Assembly (NCBI GenBank): GCA_903908245.1
Contig: CAIVRE010000006.1
Location: 21,951-85,950 of the forward strand
Length of the DNA stretch: 64,000 nucleotides
Direction: 5' to 3'
DNA from: Candidatus Omnitrophota bacterium
GTDB taxonomy: Bacteria; Omnitrophota; Gorgyraeia; Zapsychrales; Fredricksoniimonadaceae
The position numbers were made by a program, and so were the translations under genes. This document shows positions 41,161 through 51,443 of this stretch, in pieces (the first letter of the stretch is position 1; every line of letters starts with the position of its first letter). Below the pieces are notes generated by a model. It saw nothing but the letters and a program-made list of their open reading frames with translations, was not told the origin of the DNA and searched no databases.

Positions 41161-41352
41161 TTAACCGGCCGCAGGCGCCGCTTCCGCGTCTTTCTTCGCC
41201 TTATCTTCCGCTTCTTTCTTCATCTGTGCCGCCCAAGCCTGCTTGGTCACATAATATTTTCCGTTACGATAATAACGCTTCTTGCGCTTGATCGCCTTGC
41301 CGGTATTGGCACACTTGAATTTCCACTCGTTCTCTGGCTTTACTTTACCCAT
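41161..41352 (-). CDS. Small basic hypothetical protein (63 aa)
   Basis: AGGAG Shine-Dalgarno 7 nt before the ATG and a strong terminator after it. Lys/Arg/Tyr-rich N-terminus with a KAKKDAEAA tail. Confidence 0.5.
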   Translation of the reverse strand: MGKVKPENEWKFKCANTGKAIKRKKRYYRNGKYYVTKQAWAAQMKKEAEDKAKKDAEAAPAAG

Positions 41353-41487
41353 ACTGATCTTTCTCCTTTCAAGAGACTATAGTCCGGGACAATCCACGGA
41401 CAAATTTCTACTTGGAAGCCGGCATTATAATGACAGCCATTCAAATACGCAACAATAATTTTCTTCCCTACCGGAGAGGGAGAAGGT

Positions 41488-42309
41488 TCATGCGGAAACG
41501 ATAGAAATACCATTCCTATCAGCCAAAGCAACCGCCTTATCCCGGTCAATGATGAGCGTCTTCCCGGCCTCAATGGCAAGAACTGACGCGCGCGCCTTTA
41601 CCATTGTCCGGATCGTCCGGGGGCCTATCACCGGAACATCGAAACGGCTGTCCTGATTCGGTTTAGACGCCTTCACCACCACCGCTCCTGCACGGGCAAT
41701 AATGCCGCCCCGCAAGATACAGCGGTCCGTCCCCTCCATGGCCTCAATAGCCAGGATCGCCTTCCCCTTGATCACAACCGTCTGGCCGATATCCATCCCC
41801 CCGATATGCCTGGCGATACCGATACCGAACTCAATATCCAGCAGCTCACTCTCCGTCGGAGCCCGGCGCGTAAGCGTACCGCGGGGAGCAAGGAACCCCT
41901 TGAGAAGCAGGGTCGAATCCAGAAGCTCCAGCCCCTGCGCCTTAAGGCGGTCGGCCACGGCCCCGAAGATCGTATCACAGCGGCGGTCCGCCAGGGCCGC
42001 AAAAAGAGCCCTGTATTCATCATCCGCCTGAACATTCTCGTTAAAAAGAGTATCGGGGTCGATCTGCCCTGCCATAAGGATCGACTTCACCCCGCGCAGA
42101 CGGAAAAAAGTGAACATGTCCTTGAGCTGCCCTGGTGAGAACCAGCGGACCTCATCGGCGGCAAAATACATGAGGAATGACGCATCGCCCTTTGCCGCGG
42201 CCACGATCACTTTAATGCCCTGCCGCCGCGCAGCTTCCGCGAACAGGATCGGGAAACGGCCGCTTCCGGCGATAAGCCCTATGATTGAAGGAAGCCCCGG
42301 AACAGGCAC
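41488..42309 (-). CDS. lpxI: UDP-2,3-diacylglucosamine pyrophosphatase LpxI (DUF1009)
   Basis: GLIAGSGRFP start and DIGQTVVIKGKAILAIEAMEGTD motif, matching Caulobacter LpxI. Sits in the lpx cluster. Confidence 0.75.
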   Translation of the reverse strand: MPVPGLPSIIGLIAGSGRFPILFAEAARRQGIKVIVAAAKGDASFLMYFAADEVRWFSPGQLKDMFTFFRLRGVKSILMAGQIDPDTLFNENVQADDEYRALFAALADRRCDTIFGAVADRLKAQGLELLDSTLLLKGFLAPRGTLTRRAPTESELLDIEFGIGIARHIGGMDIGQTVVIKGKAILAIEAMEGTDRCILRGGIIARAGAVVVKASKPNQDSRFDVPVIGPRTIRTMVKARASVLAIEAGKTLIIDRDKAVALADRNGISIVSA

Positions 42310-42315
42310 TTGGGA

Positions 42316-43125
42316 TCATTCTCCGTTGGAAGGTTCTTTGACCGAACCGCAAAGCCCGCGTTCAGACGCTTTGGCAAAATCGAGCAAATGTTTCACATGA
42401 TCCGTCAGATTGACCTCCCGCTCGATCTGTTCGATCGCGGTATTCTTTGCCAGACCGGAATGGAACATGATACGGAACGCTTCTTTTAAATGCTTCATGG
42501 AGTCCGCCGTAACACCCGCGCGCCTGAGGCCGATCGCATTCAGATTATAGACCAATGCCGGCCCGCCCACGCACAAGGAATACGGAGGGACATCCTGCAC
42601 CACACGGGAACAGCCGCCGATCATGGCGTTCTTCCCCACCCGGCAGAACTGATGCACCGCGGACAATCCGCCAACAATAACAAAATCCTCCACGGTCACA
42701 TGGCCGGCCAGGGTCCCGGAATTCGCCAGCACACAGCCATTGCCCACCACACAATCATGGGCAACATGCGAATACGCCATAAAAAGATTATTACTCCCGA
42801 TACGGGTCACCCCGTCGCCTTCGACCGTACCGCGATGAATCGTGCAGAATTCACGGAAAATATTATTGTCCCCGACCTCAAGAAGCGTCTTGTCTCCGCG
42901 CTTGTACTTTTTGTCCTGGGGGTCAAACCCGACGGCCGCATGCGGAAAGATACGATTCCCGCAACCAATGCTCGTCCACCCGGAAAGCACCGCGTGCGCG
43001 CCGACCTCGGTACCGTCACCCAGAACGACCTCGCCTTCAATGACCGCGTAAGGCCCGACAATGATATTCTTGCCCAATTTTACATTCGGGCCGATGACTG
43101 CTGTAGGATGTATCGTGTTCGACAT
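42316..43125 (-). CDS. lpxA: UDP-N-acetylglucosamine O-acyltransferase
   Basis: Start MSNTIHPTAVIG with a GAGGGG Shine-Dalgarno. Hexapeptide-repeat LbH fold with an alpha-helical C-terminus. Listed ORF extends to 43212. Confidence 0.9.
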   Translation of the reverse strand: MSNTIHPTAVIGPNVKLGKNIIVGPYAVIEGEVVLGDGTEVGAHAVLSGWTSIGCGNRIFPHAAVGFDPQDKKYKRGDKTLLEVGDNNIFREFCTIHRGTVEGDGVTRIGSNNLFMAYSHVAHDCVVGNGCVLANSGTLAGHVTVEDFVIVGGLSAVHQFCRVGKNAMIGGCSRVVQDVPPYSLCVGGPALVYNLNAIGLRRAGVTADSMKHLKEAFRIMFHSGLAKNTAIEQIEREVNLTDHVKHLLDFAKASERGLCGSVKEPSNGE

Positions 43126-43132
43126 TAACCCC

Positions 43133-44446
43133 TCATTCTCCAAAAGCAAAACCCATTTCCGCTTCACAAACAACCTGGCCATCCACCCTGCAAACACCCG
43201 TCGCCTGCGCAATGCGCGAACGCGCCTTGGTCACTTCAACTTCCATTACAACCTGATCGCCAGGCTCAATGACCTTGCGGAATTTAACCTTATCAACAGA
43301 CATAAAGAACGCCAGCTTGCCGCGCAACTCGGGATTGCTGAGCATCGTGACCCCCACCACCTGCGCCATCGCCTCCACCATCAAAACCCCGGGCATGACC
43401 GGACGCGCCGGAAAATGCCCCTGGAAGAAAGCCTCGTTCATCGTAACATTCTTGATCGCGACCGCGCGCTTGCCAGGCTCGATCTCGGTAATACGGTCGA
43501 CCAGAAGGAACGGATAACGATGCGGAATAATATTCATGATCCCGCGCACATCAAGCCCGGCGCCTTCTTTTATGTCAACCTTAAAGACCTCACGCTTTGA
43601 TTCATATTTTATCTTCTGCTCGGCGATCTTCTTAAGAAGCTCGCGGTTGAGATTATGCCCGCTCTTAAAAGCAAACACATGGCCTTTCAAAGGAATGCCG
43701 AGCAAATACAGATCGCCGACGCAATCCATCAACTTGTGACGGGCAGGCTCGTCCGGAAAACGAAGCGTGTTCTGAACCACGCCCTCTGGCCCGAAAACAA
43801 GGGTATTGGCATAATTAGCACCCTGGCCAAACCCCTTTGCCCGTAAAGCATCCGCCTCATCCTTAAGGCAAAAAGTGCGGCAAGGAGCGATATCCCGTTC
43901 AAAATTCTCCGGAGTTACCGCGAACGTGACGGAAGCGCGCAACAGGGGATGCGCATATTCCAGCGCGTAGGAAACTTTAAAATCATCCGCCGGAACGATC
44001 ATGACCGATGCGCCGTCCCTGGAAACACAAAGGGTCTCTTTCACTTCAAAATACGTCTTGTCCGCCTCCAGGTCAACGATCCCGGCCAACATTAAAGCCT
44101 TCACATACTCCCTCGCACTCCCATCAAGGCCGGGGGCTTCATCCCCGTCCATCTCGATGATAATATTGTCGAGCCCAAGCCCTGCCAGCGCGCCCATCAT
44201 ATGCTCAATGGTATAGATCTGCCCATCGCCGACCTTAAGGGCGGAATACCTCCCCGAATCCCCGCCGCTGATCACAGCCATGCTGCCCAGCTTCACCAAT
44301 GGGCTGCCCGGCATATCCGTACGCTTGAAAACGATCCCCTCGCCCGCCTGAGCCGGTTTGAAAACAACATTGACCTTGTGCCCGGTATGCAAACCGGTTC
44401 CGCCAAGCCGGGCCTCTGAACAGATCGTCCTTTGTTTCAACAGCAT
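43133..44446 (-). CDS. lpxC-fabZ: Bifunctional UDP-3-O-acyl-GlcNAc deacetylase / 3-hydroxyacyl-ACP dehydratase (LpxC-FabZ fusion)
   Basis: N-terminus MLLKQRTI...GTGLHTG (LpxC) with the zinc-binding HKLMD motif. C-terminal hot-dog FabZ (HRYPFLLVDRI...GHFP...PGVL). Confidence 0.9.
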   Translation of the reverse strand: MLLKQRTICSEARLGGTGLHTGHKVNVVFKPAQAGEGIVFKRTDMPGSPLVKLGSMAVISGGDSGRYSALKVGDGQIYTIEHMMGALAGLGLDNIIIEMDGDEAPGLDGSAREYVKALMLAGIVDLEADKTYFEVKETLCVSRDGASVMIVPADDFKVSYALEYAHPLLRASVTFAVTPENFERDIAPCRTFCLKDEADALRAKGFGQGANYANTLVFGPEGVVQNTLRFPDEPARHKLMDCVGDLYLLGIPLKGHVFAFKSGHNLNRELLKKIAEQKIKYESKREVFKVDIKEGAGLDVRGIMNIIPHRYPFLLVDRITEIEPGKRAVAIKNVTMNEAFFQGHFPARPVMPGVLMVEAMAQVVGVTMLSNPELRGKLAFFMSVDKVKFRKVIEPGDQVVMEVEVTKARSRIAQATGVCRVDGQVVCEAEMGFAFGE

Positions 44447-45486
44447 CAGGACACCTTCCCCTGTCTCGCTTCCAATTCCTGGACTTTCTTCTTCAGTTCC
44501 CTGATCTCATCCGCATAACGGGGCAAACGTTTCACATGCGCCATCACACGCGTTGCCTTGGAATACTCATCTGCCGGAGTCCCGAACATCATGGTCCCCG
44601 GATCAACATCTTTAGTGATCCCCGATTGCGCCGCCACTACCGCACGGTCGCCAACGGTCACATGCCCTGCCACACCCACCTGGCCCGCAATGATCGCGTT
44701 ATTGCCGATCCTGGCGCTGCCGGCAATGCCTGCCAACGCGATGATCAAACAATCCTCCCCGATACGGACATTATGCGCGATCTGCACCAGATTATCGATC
44801 TTCGTCCCCCGGCCGATCAATGTTTTATCGAAACGCGCGCGGTCGACCGTCACGCACGCGCCGATCTCGACATCATCCTCCACAACAACGGTCCCCATCT
44901 GCGGGATCTTGACGTGATGGTCTCCAACCTGCAAATATCCAAACCCGTCCGAACCGATAACAGCCCCGCTGTGAATGATCACTCGGTTCCCGATCGACAC
45001 GTCCTCACGGATGGTCACATTCGGATAGATCAACGTGCTTTCACCAATGGATGTTTTCTGCCCGATAAAGACACCGGCACAGATAATACTCCCCTTGCCA
45101 ACACGCGCACCGCTCTCAATGACCACATGCGGCCCGATGCCGGCACCTTCGCCGATAAACACGTCCGGCGCTATCACCGCCGTTGAATGGATCCCTTTAA
45201 CCTTGGGGGAAAGATCCTCTTTGATAAGGCTGACGATACGGGCAAAAGCCATCGATGGGTTATCTGTCTGGATAACAGACTTCCCCTCGATGACCACATC
45301 CCGGCCGACAATAATAGCCGAAGCTTTGGTGGAAAAGGCCAGCGGAAGGTATTTGGAGTTCGCGAGAAAAGTCAGGTCACCCGGAACAGCTTCCTTGATC
45401 CCGGATATTCCGGTCATGACCAGATTCCCGTCACCAACAAGCTTGCCGCCAACCAACTGAGCGATCTCGGTCAGAGTTTGGCGCAT
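44446..45486 (-). CDS. lpxD: UDP-3-O-(3-hydroxyacyl)glucosamine N-acyltransferase
   Basis: 346 aa with an N-terminal LpxD domain followed by extended hexapeptide repeats. Confidence 0.9.
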   Translation of the reverse strand: MRQTLTEIAQLVGGKLVGDGNLVMTGISGIKEAVPGDLTFLANSKYLPLAFSTKASAIIVGRDVVIEGKSVIQTDNPSMAFARIVSLIKEDLSPKVKGIHSTAVIAPDVFIGEGAGIGPHVVIESGARVGKGSIICAGVFIGQKTSIGESTLIYPNVTIREDVSIGNRVIIHSGAVIGSDGFGYLQVGDHHVKIPQMGTVVVEDDVEIGACVTVDRARFDKTLIGRGTKIDNLVQIAHNVRIGEDCLIIALAGIAGSARIGNNAIIAGQVGVAGHVTVGDRAVVAAQSGITKDVDPGTMMFGTPADEYSKATRVMAHVKRLPRYADEIRELKKKVQELEARQGKVS

Positions 45487-45492
45487 ACAGTC

Positions 45493-46014
45493 TTATTTCT
45501 TTACTGCTTGTTTAGCGTAGTTATCATTCAAGGTCTTAAGGATCGGCTCCGAGATATTCAAGGTGTCTTTCCCGTAGATCAAGACACGGTCATTAAGCAC
45601 AAAAGTGATATTCTGCGCCTTGGCATATTCGCTGACCGTCTTCTCGATCTCAAGCAGGATCTCACGCACTTTTTCATCGCGGGCCTTGGTCAGGTCCGTA
45701 CGCTTGGTGCGGTCAAATTCCAGGATCTCGTTCTTGAGCGCCTCGATATCCTTGTCGTTCTTGACCTTGGCATCATCTTTAAGCATCGCCGCCTTACCCT
45801 GCAGGTCGCGGATCTTTTCGATCTTCTTGTTGCGCTCTTCCTGGAACTTGTTGTTTTCACCTTCAAGCACCTTGTCGTACTCCTTGGTGCGCTCATACTG
45901 ATCGAAAAGCTTCGCCAGATCGACATAGGCGAACTTCAATTCCTCGGCGCGAGCGAATGTGGATGCCACGAACATGAACACGACTGCGAGACCAAAAACC
46001 TTCATTAACTTCAT
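45493..46014 (-). CDS. skp: Periplasmic chaperone Skp/OmpH
   Basis: Signal peptide and coiled-coil Skp fold. Sits between lpxD and bamA. Confidence 0.8.
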   Translation of the reverse strand: MKLMKVFGLAVVFMFVASTFARAEELKFAYVDLAKLFDQYERTKEYDKVLEGENNKFQEERNKKIEKIRDLQGKAAMLKDDAKVKNDKDIEALKNEILEFDRTKRTDLTKARDEKVREILLEIEKTVSEYAKAQNITFVLNDRVLIYGKDTLNISEPILKTLNDNYAKQAVKK

Positions 46015-46046
46015 AACTCTCTCCTTTTTAATTTTATTCTAAAAAA

Positions 46047-48485
46047 TTAGAACCCACGACTTACGCTGAAATAAAACTTGCCGCTGGAACGCGAAGCCTG
46101 CCCCGGCTCTTTATTGAGCGGGATACCGTAATCCAGGTTCATCGGGCCGATCGGCGTCTTCACACGAAAACCGATACCCGTACCGGAATACAGTTTTTCA
46201 GAGAAAATATCCCCGTACTTCGCCGATACACTTCCGGAATCAAAGAACGTCGCGAACTTGATCACATCAATGAGCGGGATCGTATATTCCAGACTGCCCA
46301 GCATGATCCCTTCACCGCCGATAGGATCGCCATTGCCCGGATCGATGGGGCCAACCGCGCGTTCACTATAACCGCGGATCGTTCGGGCACCACCCCCGAA
46401 ATAACGCTCAAAGATCGGGACTTTGCTCGTACTGCCGTACGCGGAAACCATCCCGAGCCTTCCGGAAAGCTCCACCACGGAATTATACCTCAAAGGGATA
46501 TAATATGCCCCATTGGTTTCCAAACGGTAGAAATCCTTGCTTCCTCCGACGGGGCCTCCCGCGAGGTCCACCGCGCCTGAAGTCTGCCACCCCTTGGTCG
46601 GCGAGATCGTACTGTCGCGATGATCGTTGGACAAAGACGCGCCGATCGCGCTCAGGTTGCTCTTGCCTTCCTCAGCCTTCAGGTCCGCCGAGACACCGTC
46701 CTCCATATTGGTGATATCAACGCTTTCCAGACGATAATACCCGGCCGTCGAGACATACTCTGAAAGCTCCTTGCCCGCGCGCAATTTTCCGCCAACACGC
46801 GTCTGATCATAAGCGTACCCCGTACTGCTGGAACGGTTATACTGCGAACGGTACAGATCGAACCCTCCGGAAACCGGATAATCGAACATCCAGGGTTCCG
46901 TGAAGGATAATAGAATATTATTGCGGCTGGAGCCGACCTCGGCCCTCGCCGTCACCCGCTGGCCGCCGCCGGTGAAATTCGGCCAATTCGCGAAGTCAAA
47001 ATTCTTCTGGTCCAATTCCACGAACCCGATCAACTGGTCTACCGTGCTGTATCCACCGCCAAAACTGAACGACCCTGTCTTGGCTTCCTTCACATCAACC
47101 ACCAGGTCTTTCTGGTCAGGCGTGTTCGTATCTTCAATATCAAACCCTACATCATCGAAATACCCGAGGTTATTGAGCCGCTCCTTACTGCGGCGCAGCT
47201 TGACACCGTCAAACTGGTCGCCCGGATACATCCGGAGTTCACGCCGGATAACAATATCGCGCGTCTGCGTATTGCCCTGAATCTTGATCTTGTTGATATA
47301 CGCGATCCCGCCCTCGACAACATCCAGCTTAAGGTCGACCCGGCCATCCGCGGGATTCAAGGATGTTGATTCCTCGACCTTGGCAAAAATATATCCGCGG
47401 TCAAAATACAATGACTTGATATTCGCCACATCATCCGCCAGTTTGGCCTTGGAGAAGATCTTGCCTTTCTTGATATCCTTCATCACAGCCGCGATCTCGG
47501 GCTCGGCAAGGACGGCATTCCCCTTGAACTGGATATCGCCGACATAATAACGCTTGCCTTCCTCCACCGTCACGTCCACATTAAGCAACCCGTGTTGCAG
47601 CTGCTCCGTGGCATAAGTCGCCTTGGCATCAATATATCCGTTCTTTTCATAGAACGCCGCAATGCGATCCATATCTTCCGCCAGCACATCTTCTTTAAGG
47701 AACCCGGAATTAAAAAGCCAGGCCGAACGGGATTTCATCACTTTAATGATCTTGTCATCATTATACGCGAGATTCCCGAGGATCTTGATCCGTTTGATCT
47801 TGACCCTGTACCCTTCACTGATAATAAAATGCAACGACGCTTTATTCGTGACTGCATCCAGGAATTGCTCAACATCGACCTTGACCTGTGTCAGGCCTTT
47901 CTTGGAATACATTTCTTCGATCGTATTCACGTCATCATTCAAGGCTTTCTTGTCCAGGAATTTACCGCTCTGGGTCTTGATCTTGGAAAGCAGGACCTTC
48001 TTGTTGAAGAATTTAAGCTTTGAGAACGTGATCTCGTCCACAATAGGCTTTTCTTCGAGAATAATGATCACCTTGAGCCCTGCAGCCTCTTCCTTGCGGT
48101 CCACACGGACATCCGAAAACCAGCCGGTAGTATACAAACGCTTAAGATCATCGGAAATGACATTCTGACGATATTCCTGGCCGACACGCGTTTTGATCTT
48201 GGAGAGGATCGTCGCCACACCGATACTCTTATTCCCCTGGATATCAATGGAAACAACCTTCTTCCCCGCCAAAGCGCCTTCGGAAACCGCCTGGGCCTCT
48301 TCCGCCCCCGCAGCGACATCCGCTGATGGCGCCGCCTGGACATTCATCTCGACCGCGTCAAGCGTGGCTGCCACATCCGCCTCTTTGGAAGAAGGGACAG
48401 CGGCTTGACCTTCAGCCCTGGCAAAGGACCCCGTTGAACAAATAAAACCTAAAACAAAGAGTGGGAGTAGGATGGTTTTTTTCAT
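46047..48485 (-). CDS. bamA: Outer membrane protein assembly factor BamA
   Basis: 812 aa with a signal peptide, POTRA repeats and a C-terminal Omp85 barrel ending in F. Confidence 0.9.
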   Translation of the reverse strand: MKKTILLPLFVLGFICSTGSFARAEGQAAVPSSKEADVAATLDAVEMNVQAAPSADVAAGAEEAQAVSEGALAGKKVVSIDIQGNKSIGVATILSKIKTRVGQEYRQNVISDDLKRLYTTGWFSDVRVDRKEEAAGLKVIIILEEKPIVDEITFSKLKFFNKKVLLSKIKTQSGKFLDKKALNDDVNTIEEMYSKKGLTQVKVDVEQFLDAVTNKASLHFIISEGYRVKIKRIKILGNLAYNDDKIIKVMKSRSAWLFNSGFLKEDVLAEDMDRIAAFYEKNGYIDAKATYATEQLQHGLLNVDVTVEEGKRYYVGDIQFKGNAVLAEPEIAAVMKDIKKGKIFSKAKLADDVANIKSLYFDRGYIFAKVEESTSLNPADGRVDLKLDVVEGGIAYINKIKIQGNTQTRDIVIRRELRMYPGDQFDGVKLRRSKERLNNLGYFDDVGFDIEDTNTPDQKDLVVDVKEAKTGSFSFGGGYSTVDQLIGFVELDQKNFDFANWPNFTGGGQRVTARAEVGSSRNNILLSFTEPWMFDYPVSGGFDLYRSQYNRSSSTGYAYDQTRVGGKLRAGKELSEYVSTAGYYRLESVDITNMEDGVSADLKAEEGKSNLSAIGASLSNDHRDSTISPTKGWQTSGAVDLAGGPVGGSKDFYRLETNGAYYIPLRYNSVVELSGRLGMVSAYGSTSKVPIFERYFGGGARTIRGYSERAVGPIDPGNGDPIGGEGIMLGSLEYTIPLIDVIKFATFFDSGSVSAKYGDIFSEKLYSGTGIGFRVKTPIGPMNLDYGIPLNKEPGQASRSSGKFYFSVSRGF

Positions 48486-48534
48486 AGGGGTGATTATACT
48501 TTCCTTATTATAAGCTGTAAAGCGTTAAGCGTTT

Positions 48535-49872
48535 TTATTCCGCGTGCGCCAAGTCAAGATTCTCAAAACGGACATATTCCCTGGAAAAACGCACTTTGAA
48601 CGAACCCGTTGGCCCATTACGCTGTTTGGCGATAATAATATCGGCAAGGCCGATATTCTCGGGTTTGGCTTCATACATTTCATCACGGGTCAGAAGAATG
48701 ACCACATCCGCGTCCTGCTCGATGGCCCCGGATTCACGCAAGTCGGAAAGCTGGGGCTTGCGGTCGGTACGCCCTTCCACCGCGCGGTTCAGCTGGCTGA
48801 GCGCAATGACCGGCACGCTCAACTCGCGCGCCAGCGCTTTGAGCGAACGGGAGATCTCGGAAATTTCCTGCTGACGGTTCTCGAATTTCGAATTGCCGCG
48901 CATCAGCTGCATATAATCGATCACGATCATCCGGATATCATGCTGGGACTTCAGGCGGCGGGCCTTGGCGCGCAGCTCCAGCGGCGAGATCGCCGGCGTA
49001 TCATCAATAAAAAATTTGATCTTCGATAACTTCGTCGAAGCTCCAGTCAAAAGAGGCCAATCCGAAGGCGAAAGCTGCCCCGTACGCACCTTGGACGCAT
49101 CCACCCGCGCCTGCCCGCAAAGCATGCGCATCACCAGCTGCTCTTTGGCCATTTCAAGACTGAAAAAAGCGACCGGCAGCCCCTTCGCGATCGCCGCATG
49201 TTCGGCAATGGCACTGACCAGGGCACTTTTCCCCATCGAAGGGCGGGCCGCGATAATAATAAGGTCGGAAGCCTGAAGCCCGGATGTCATTTTATCAAGC
49301 TCGTAAAACCCTGTCGGGACACCGGTAACGGTCTCTTTGCGCCGGTACAGCATGTCGATCTTGGCCATCGCGTCCTTGACAATATCGCGGACGGACGAAG
49401 CCTGCTGTTTTTCATTGGACGACGCGATCTCAAAGATCAGGCGCTCGGCTTCATCAACCAGCTCTTCCACGCCTTTTTCCGTACTGAAGCTTTGGGTAAC
49501 GATCTCGGTGGCATTGCGGATGAGTTTGCGGCGGACCCCTTTTTCTTTCACAATATCCGCGTAATGCAGCACATTGGCGGCTGTGGGAACTGAATCGGCC
49601 AGATCGGTCAGGTACGTGGCACCGCCGACCACCTCCAGCGCACCCTCGCTCTTCAACCGGTCGGAAAGCGTGATGATATCCACGTTCCTGCGGTCGGCAT
49701 AAAGCCCCTTGATACCGTCGAAGATCCGCTGATGGGCCGCGCCATAAAAAAAAGAGCTATCGAGGCGTTCAATGACCGCCCCGATAGCGTCTTCATCAAT
49801 AAGCATCGCGCCCAGAACAGCCTTCTCGGCTTCAAGGTTCTGCGGCGGAAGTTTTATTTCTTCGTTACCCAT
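48535..49872 (-). CDS. dnaB: Replicative DNA helicase DnaB
   Basis: LPPQNLEAEKAVLGAML N-terminus, Walker A ARPSMGKSA, no intein. Confidence 0.95.
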   Translation of the reverse strand: MGNEEIKLPPQNLEAEKAVLGAMLIDEDAIGAVIERLDSSFFYGAAHQRIFDGIKGLYADRRNVDIITLSDRLKSEGALEVVGGATYLTDLADSVPTAANVLHYADIVKEKGVRRKLIRNATEIVTQSFSTEKGVEELVDEAERLIFEIASSNEKQQASSVRDIVKDAMAKIDMLYRRKETVTGVPTGFYELDKMTSGLQASDLIIIAARPSMGKSALVSAIAEHAAIAKGLPVAFFSLEMAKEQLVMRMLCGQARVDASKVRTGQLSPSDWPLLTGASTKLSKIKFFIDDTPAISPLELRAKARRLKSQHDIRMIVIDYMQLMRGNSKFENRQQEISEISRSLKALARELSVPVIALSQLNRAVEGRTDRKPQLSDLRESGAIEQDADVVILLTRDEMYEAKPENIGLADIIIAKQRNGPTGSFKVRFSREYVRFENLDLAHAE

Positions 49873-50297
49873 AACCGGAACTTAGCCGTGACTTCCGGAT
49901 GAAGTTTAACCCCGATCTCAAAAATGCCGAGCTCTTCCACGGCCTTTTCGATCACAAGGTCCTTGCGTTCGTATTTGAACCCTTCCTGCTCGAGCGCGCG
50001 CAGGATATCGGACTCTGAAACAGCGCCGTAAAGCTTCTCCTGGTCATTGACCTCCACGGTCAATGTGCAGGAGACCTTGCCGATCTTCTCGGCCAGTGCA
50101 AGCGCTTCATCTTTTTTCTGCTGGTAGATCGCGGCCAGCTTGGCCTTGTGAAGCTCGACCCGTTTAAGATTCGCCTTTGTCGCGGCGAGAGCCTGGTTGC
50201 GGGGGAACAGAAAATTCCGGGCATAGCCGTCCTTGACCTTCACCACATCACCAGTCTTACCTAAGTTGGCCATATCATGGCAGAGAATGACTTCCAT
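49854..50297 (-). CDS. rplI: 50S ribosomal protein L9
   Basis: 147 aa with the L9 N-domain (GK.GD...V..GYARNFL). Confidence 0.9.
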   Translation of the reverse strand: MEVILCHDMANLGKTGDVVKVKDGYARNFLFPRNQALAATKANLKRVELHKAKLAAIYQQKKDEALALAEKIGKVSCTLTVEVNDQEKLYGAVSESDILRALEQEGFKYERKDLVIEKAVEELGIFEIGVKLHPEVTAKFRLWVTKK

Positions 50298-50300
50298 CGT

Positions 50301-50624
50301 TTACTTCCTTTTTGCTGATCCGCTTGAGAGTAACCCTAAGAATCTCGCCCGCTTGATCGCCACCGCCACCAGACGCTGATTCCTGGCGGAAACGCCGGTA
50401 AAACGGCGCGGCATCAACTTGCCGCGGTCAGTGAGGAATTTCTTAAGGAGCATAATATCCTTGTAATCAATGACATCCGGAAGATCGATCTGGATCCTGG
50501 GCGTACGAAGTACCCGGCGCGGACGTGCATCTTTGCCCTTGCCCTTGCCGCCCTTATCGGCTCCGTGCTCTCTTCCTCCCTTGTCATCCCTGCTGTTAGC
50601 ACGCTTCATCGGTCTCTTTTCCAA
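50301..50624 (-). CDS. rpsR: 30S ribosomal protein S18
   Basis: [23 protein letters not shown]...[18 protein letters not shown] with a basic N-terminal extension. Confidence 0.9.
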   Translation of the reverse strand: MEKRPMKRANSRDDKGGREHGADKGGKGKGKDARPRRVLRTPRIQIDLPDVIDYKDIMLLKKFLTDRGKLMPRRFTGVSARNQRLVAVAIKRARFLGLLSSGSAKRK

Positions 50625-50661
50625 CTGTTCCCCCTTTTTAAGTTTTTACATCCCTTCAATA

Positions 50662-51111
50662 CTATTCTTCCCAGGCAATATCTTCCGGCCGTACCGCACC
50701 TTCACCGCCATGGCTTTCCGATGATTCGCTCGCAGCCCCCTGAACGCCACCGGCGGCTGAGCCGTCGGCCATTTTGCCACCAGGGCTTAAGAACTGAATG
50801 CGTTCCGCGCGCACATCAATGGTACTGCGCTTTTGTCCGTCGGGAGCATCCCACGAACGTGACTGCAGGATGCCTTCCACGAAAACCTGGCGCCCTTTCT
50901 GCAGGTACTGATTGCAGATCTCTGCCTGTTTATCCCAGGCCGTTACGGTAACAAAACAAACATCTTCCTTGAGCTCGCCTGAACGGTCCTTGAACTTGCG
51001 ATTGACCGCGATACGGATATTGGCCACCGCCGTACCATTGGGCGTGTAGCGCAACTCGGGGTCTTTGGTCAGGTTCCCTATCAACAGGACTTTGTTCAAA
51101 CTCGCCATCAC
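50662..51111 (-). CDS. ssb: Single-stranded DNA-binding protein
   Basis: OB fold (NKVLLIGNLTKDPELRYTPNG...) and an acidic C-terminal tip. Confidence 0.9.
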   Translation of the reverse strand: MMASLNKVLLIGNLTKDPELRYTPNGTAVANIRIAVNRKFKDRSGELKEDVCFVTVTAWDKQAEICNQYLQKGRQVFVEGILQSRSWDAPDGQKRSTIDVRAERIQFLSPGGKMADGSAAGGVQGAASESSESHGGEGAVRPEDIAWEE

Positions 51112-51137
51112 AGGATCCTCCGTCTTACCGCATTCCC

Positions 51138-51443
51138 TTAAACCTTGACCTTCTGCTCCTCGGGCCTGATGATCAGAAAGCGCATAACACGCTCGTTGAT
51201 CAGAAGCTCACGCCGCAAACGGGCGATCTCGGCAGCCTTCATTTCGATATTGAACAAATAATAAGTGCCTTCCGGAGCCTTGTTGATCGGGAAAGCCATC
51301 CGCTGACGGTCGATCCAGACACTGGAATTGATGATCTTGCCTTCCATTTTGGCAACAAGATCGGTCACCTGTTTGCTCACATCGCTTTTTTCCGCATCAG
51401 AAAGACGGGAATCCACGATAAAAACCAATTCATATTTGTTCAT
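51138..51443 (-). CDS. rpsF: 30S ribosomal protein S6
   Basis: MNKYELVFIV...YYLFNIE. 101 aa. First gene of the rpsF-ssb-rpsR-rplI operon. Confidence 0.9.
   Translation of the reverse strand: MNKYELVFIVDSRLSDAEKSDVSKQVTDLVAKMEGKIINSSVWIDRQRMAFPINKAPEGTYYLFNIEMKAAEIARLRRELLINERVMRFLIIRPEEQKVKV

Noticed and set aside
42490-48168. Plus-strand ORFs across lpxA, lpxD, skp and bamA (e.g. 42490..43128, 44536..45186, 45187..46008, 47592..48168)
   Set aside because: All are antisense to well-supported minus-strand genes.
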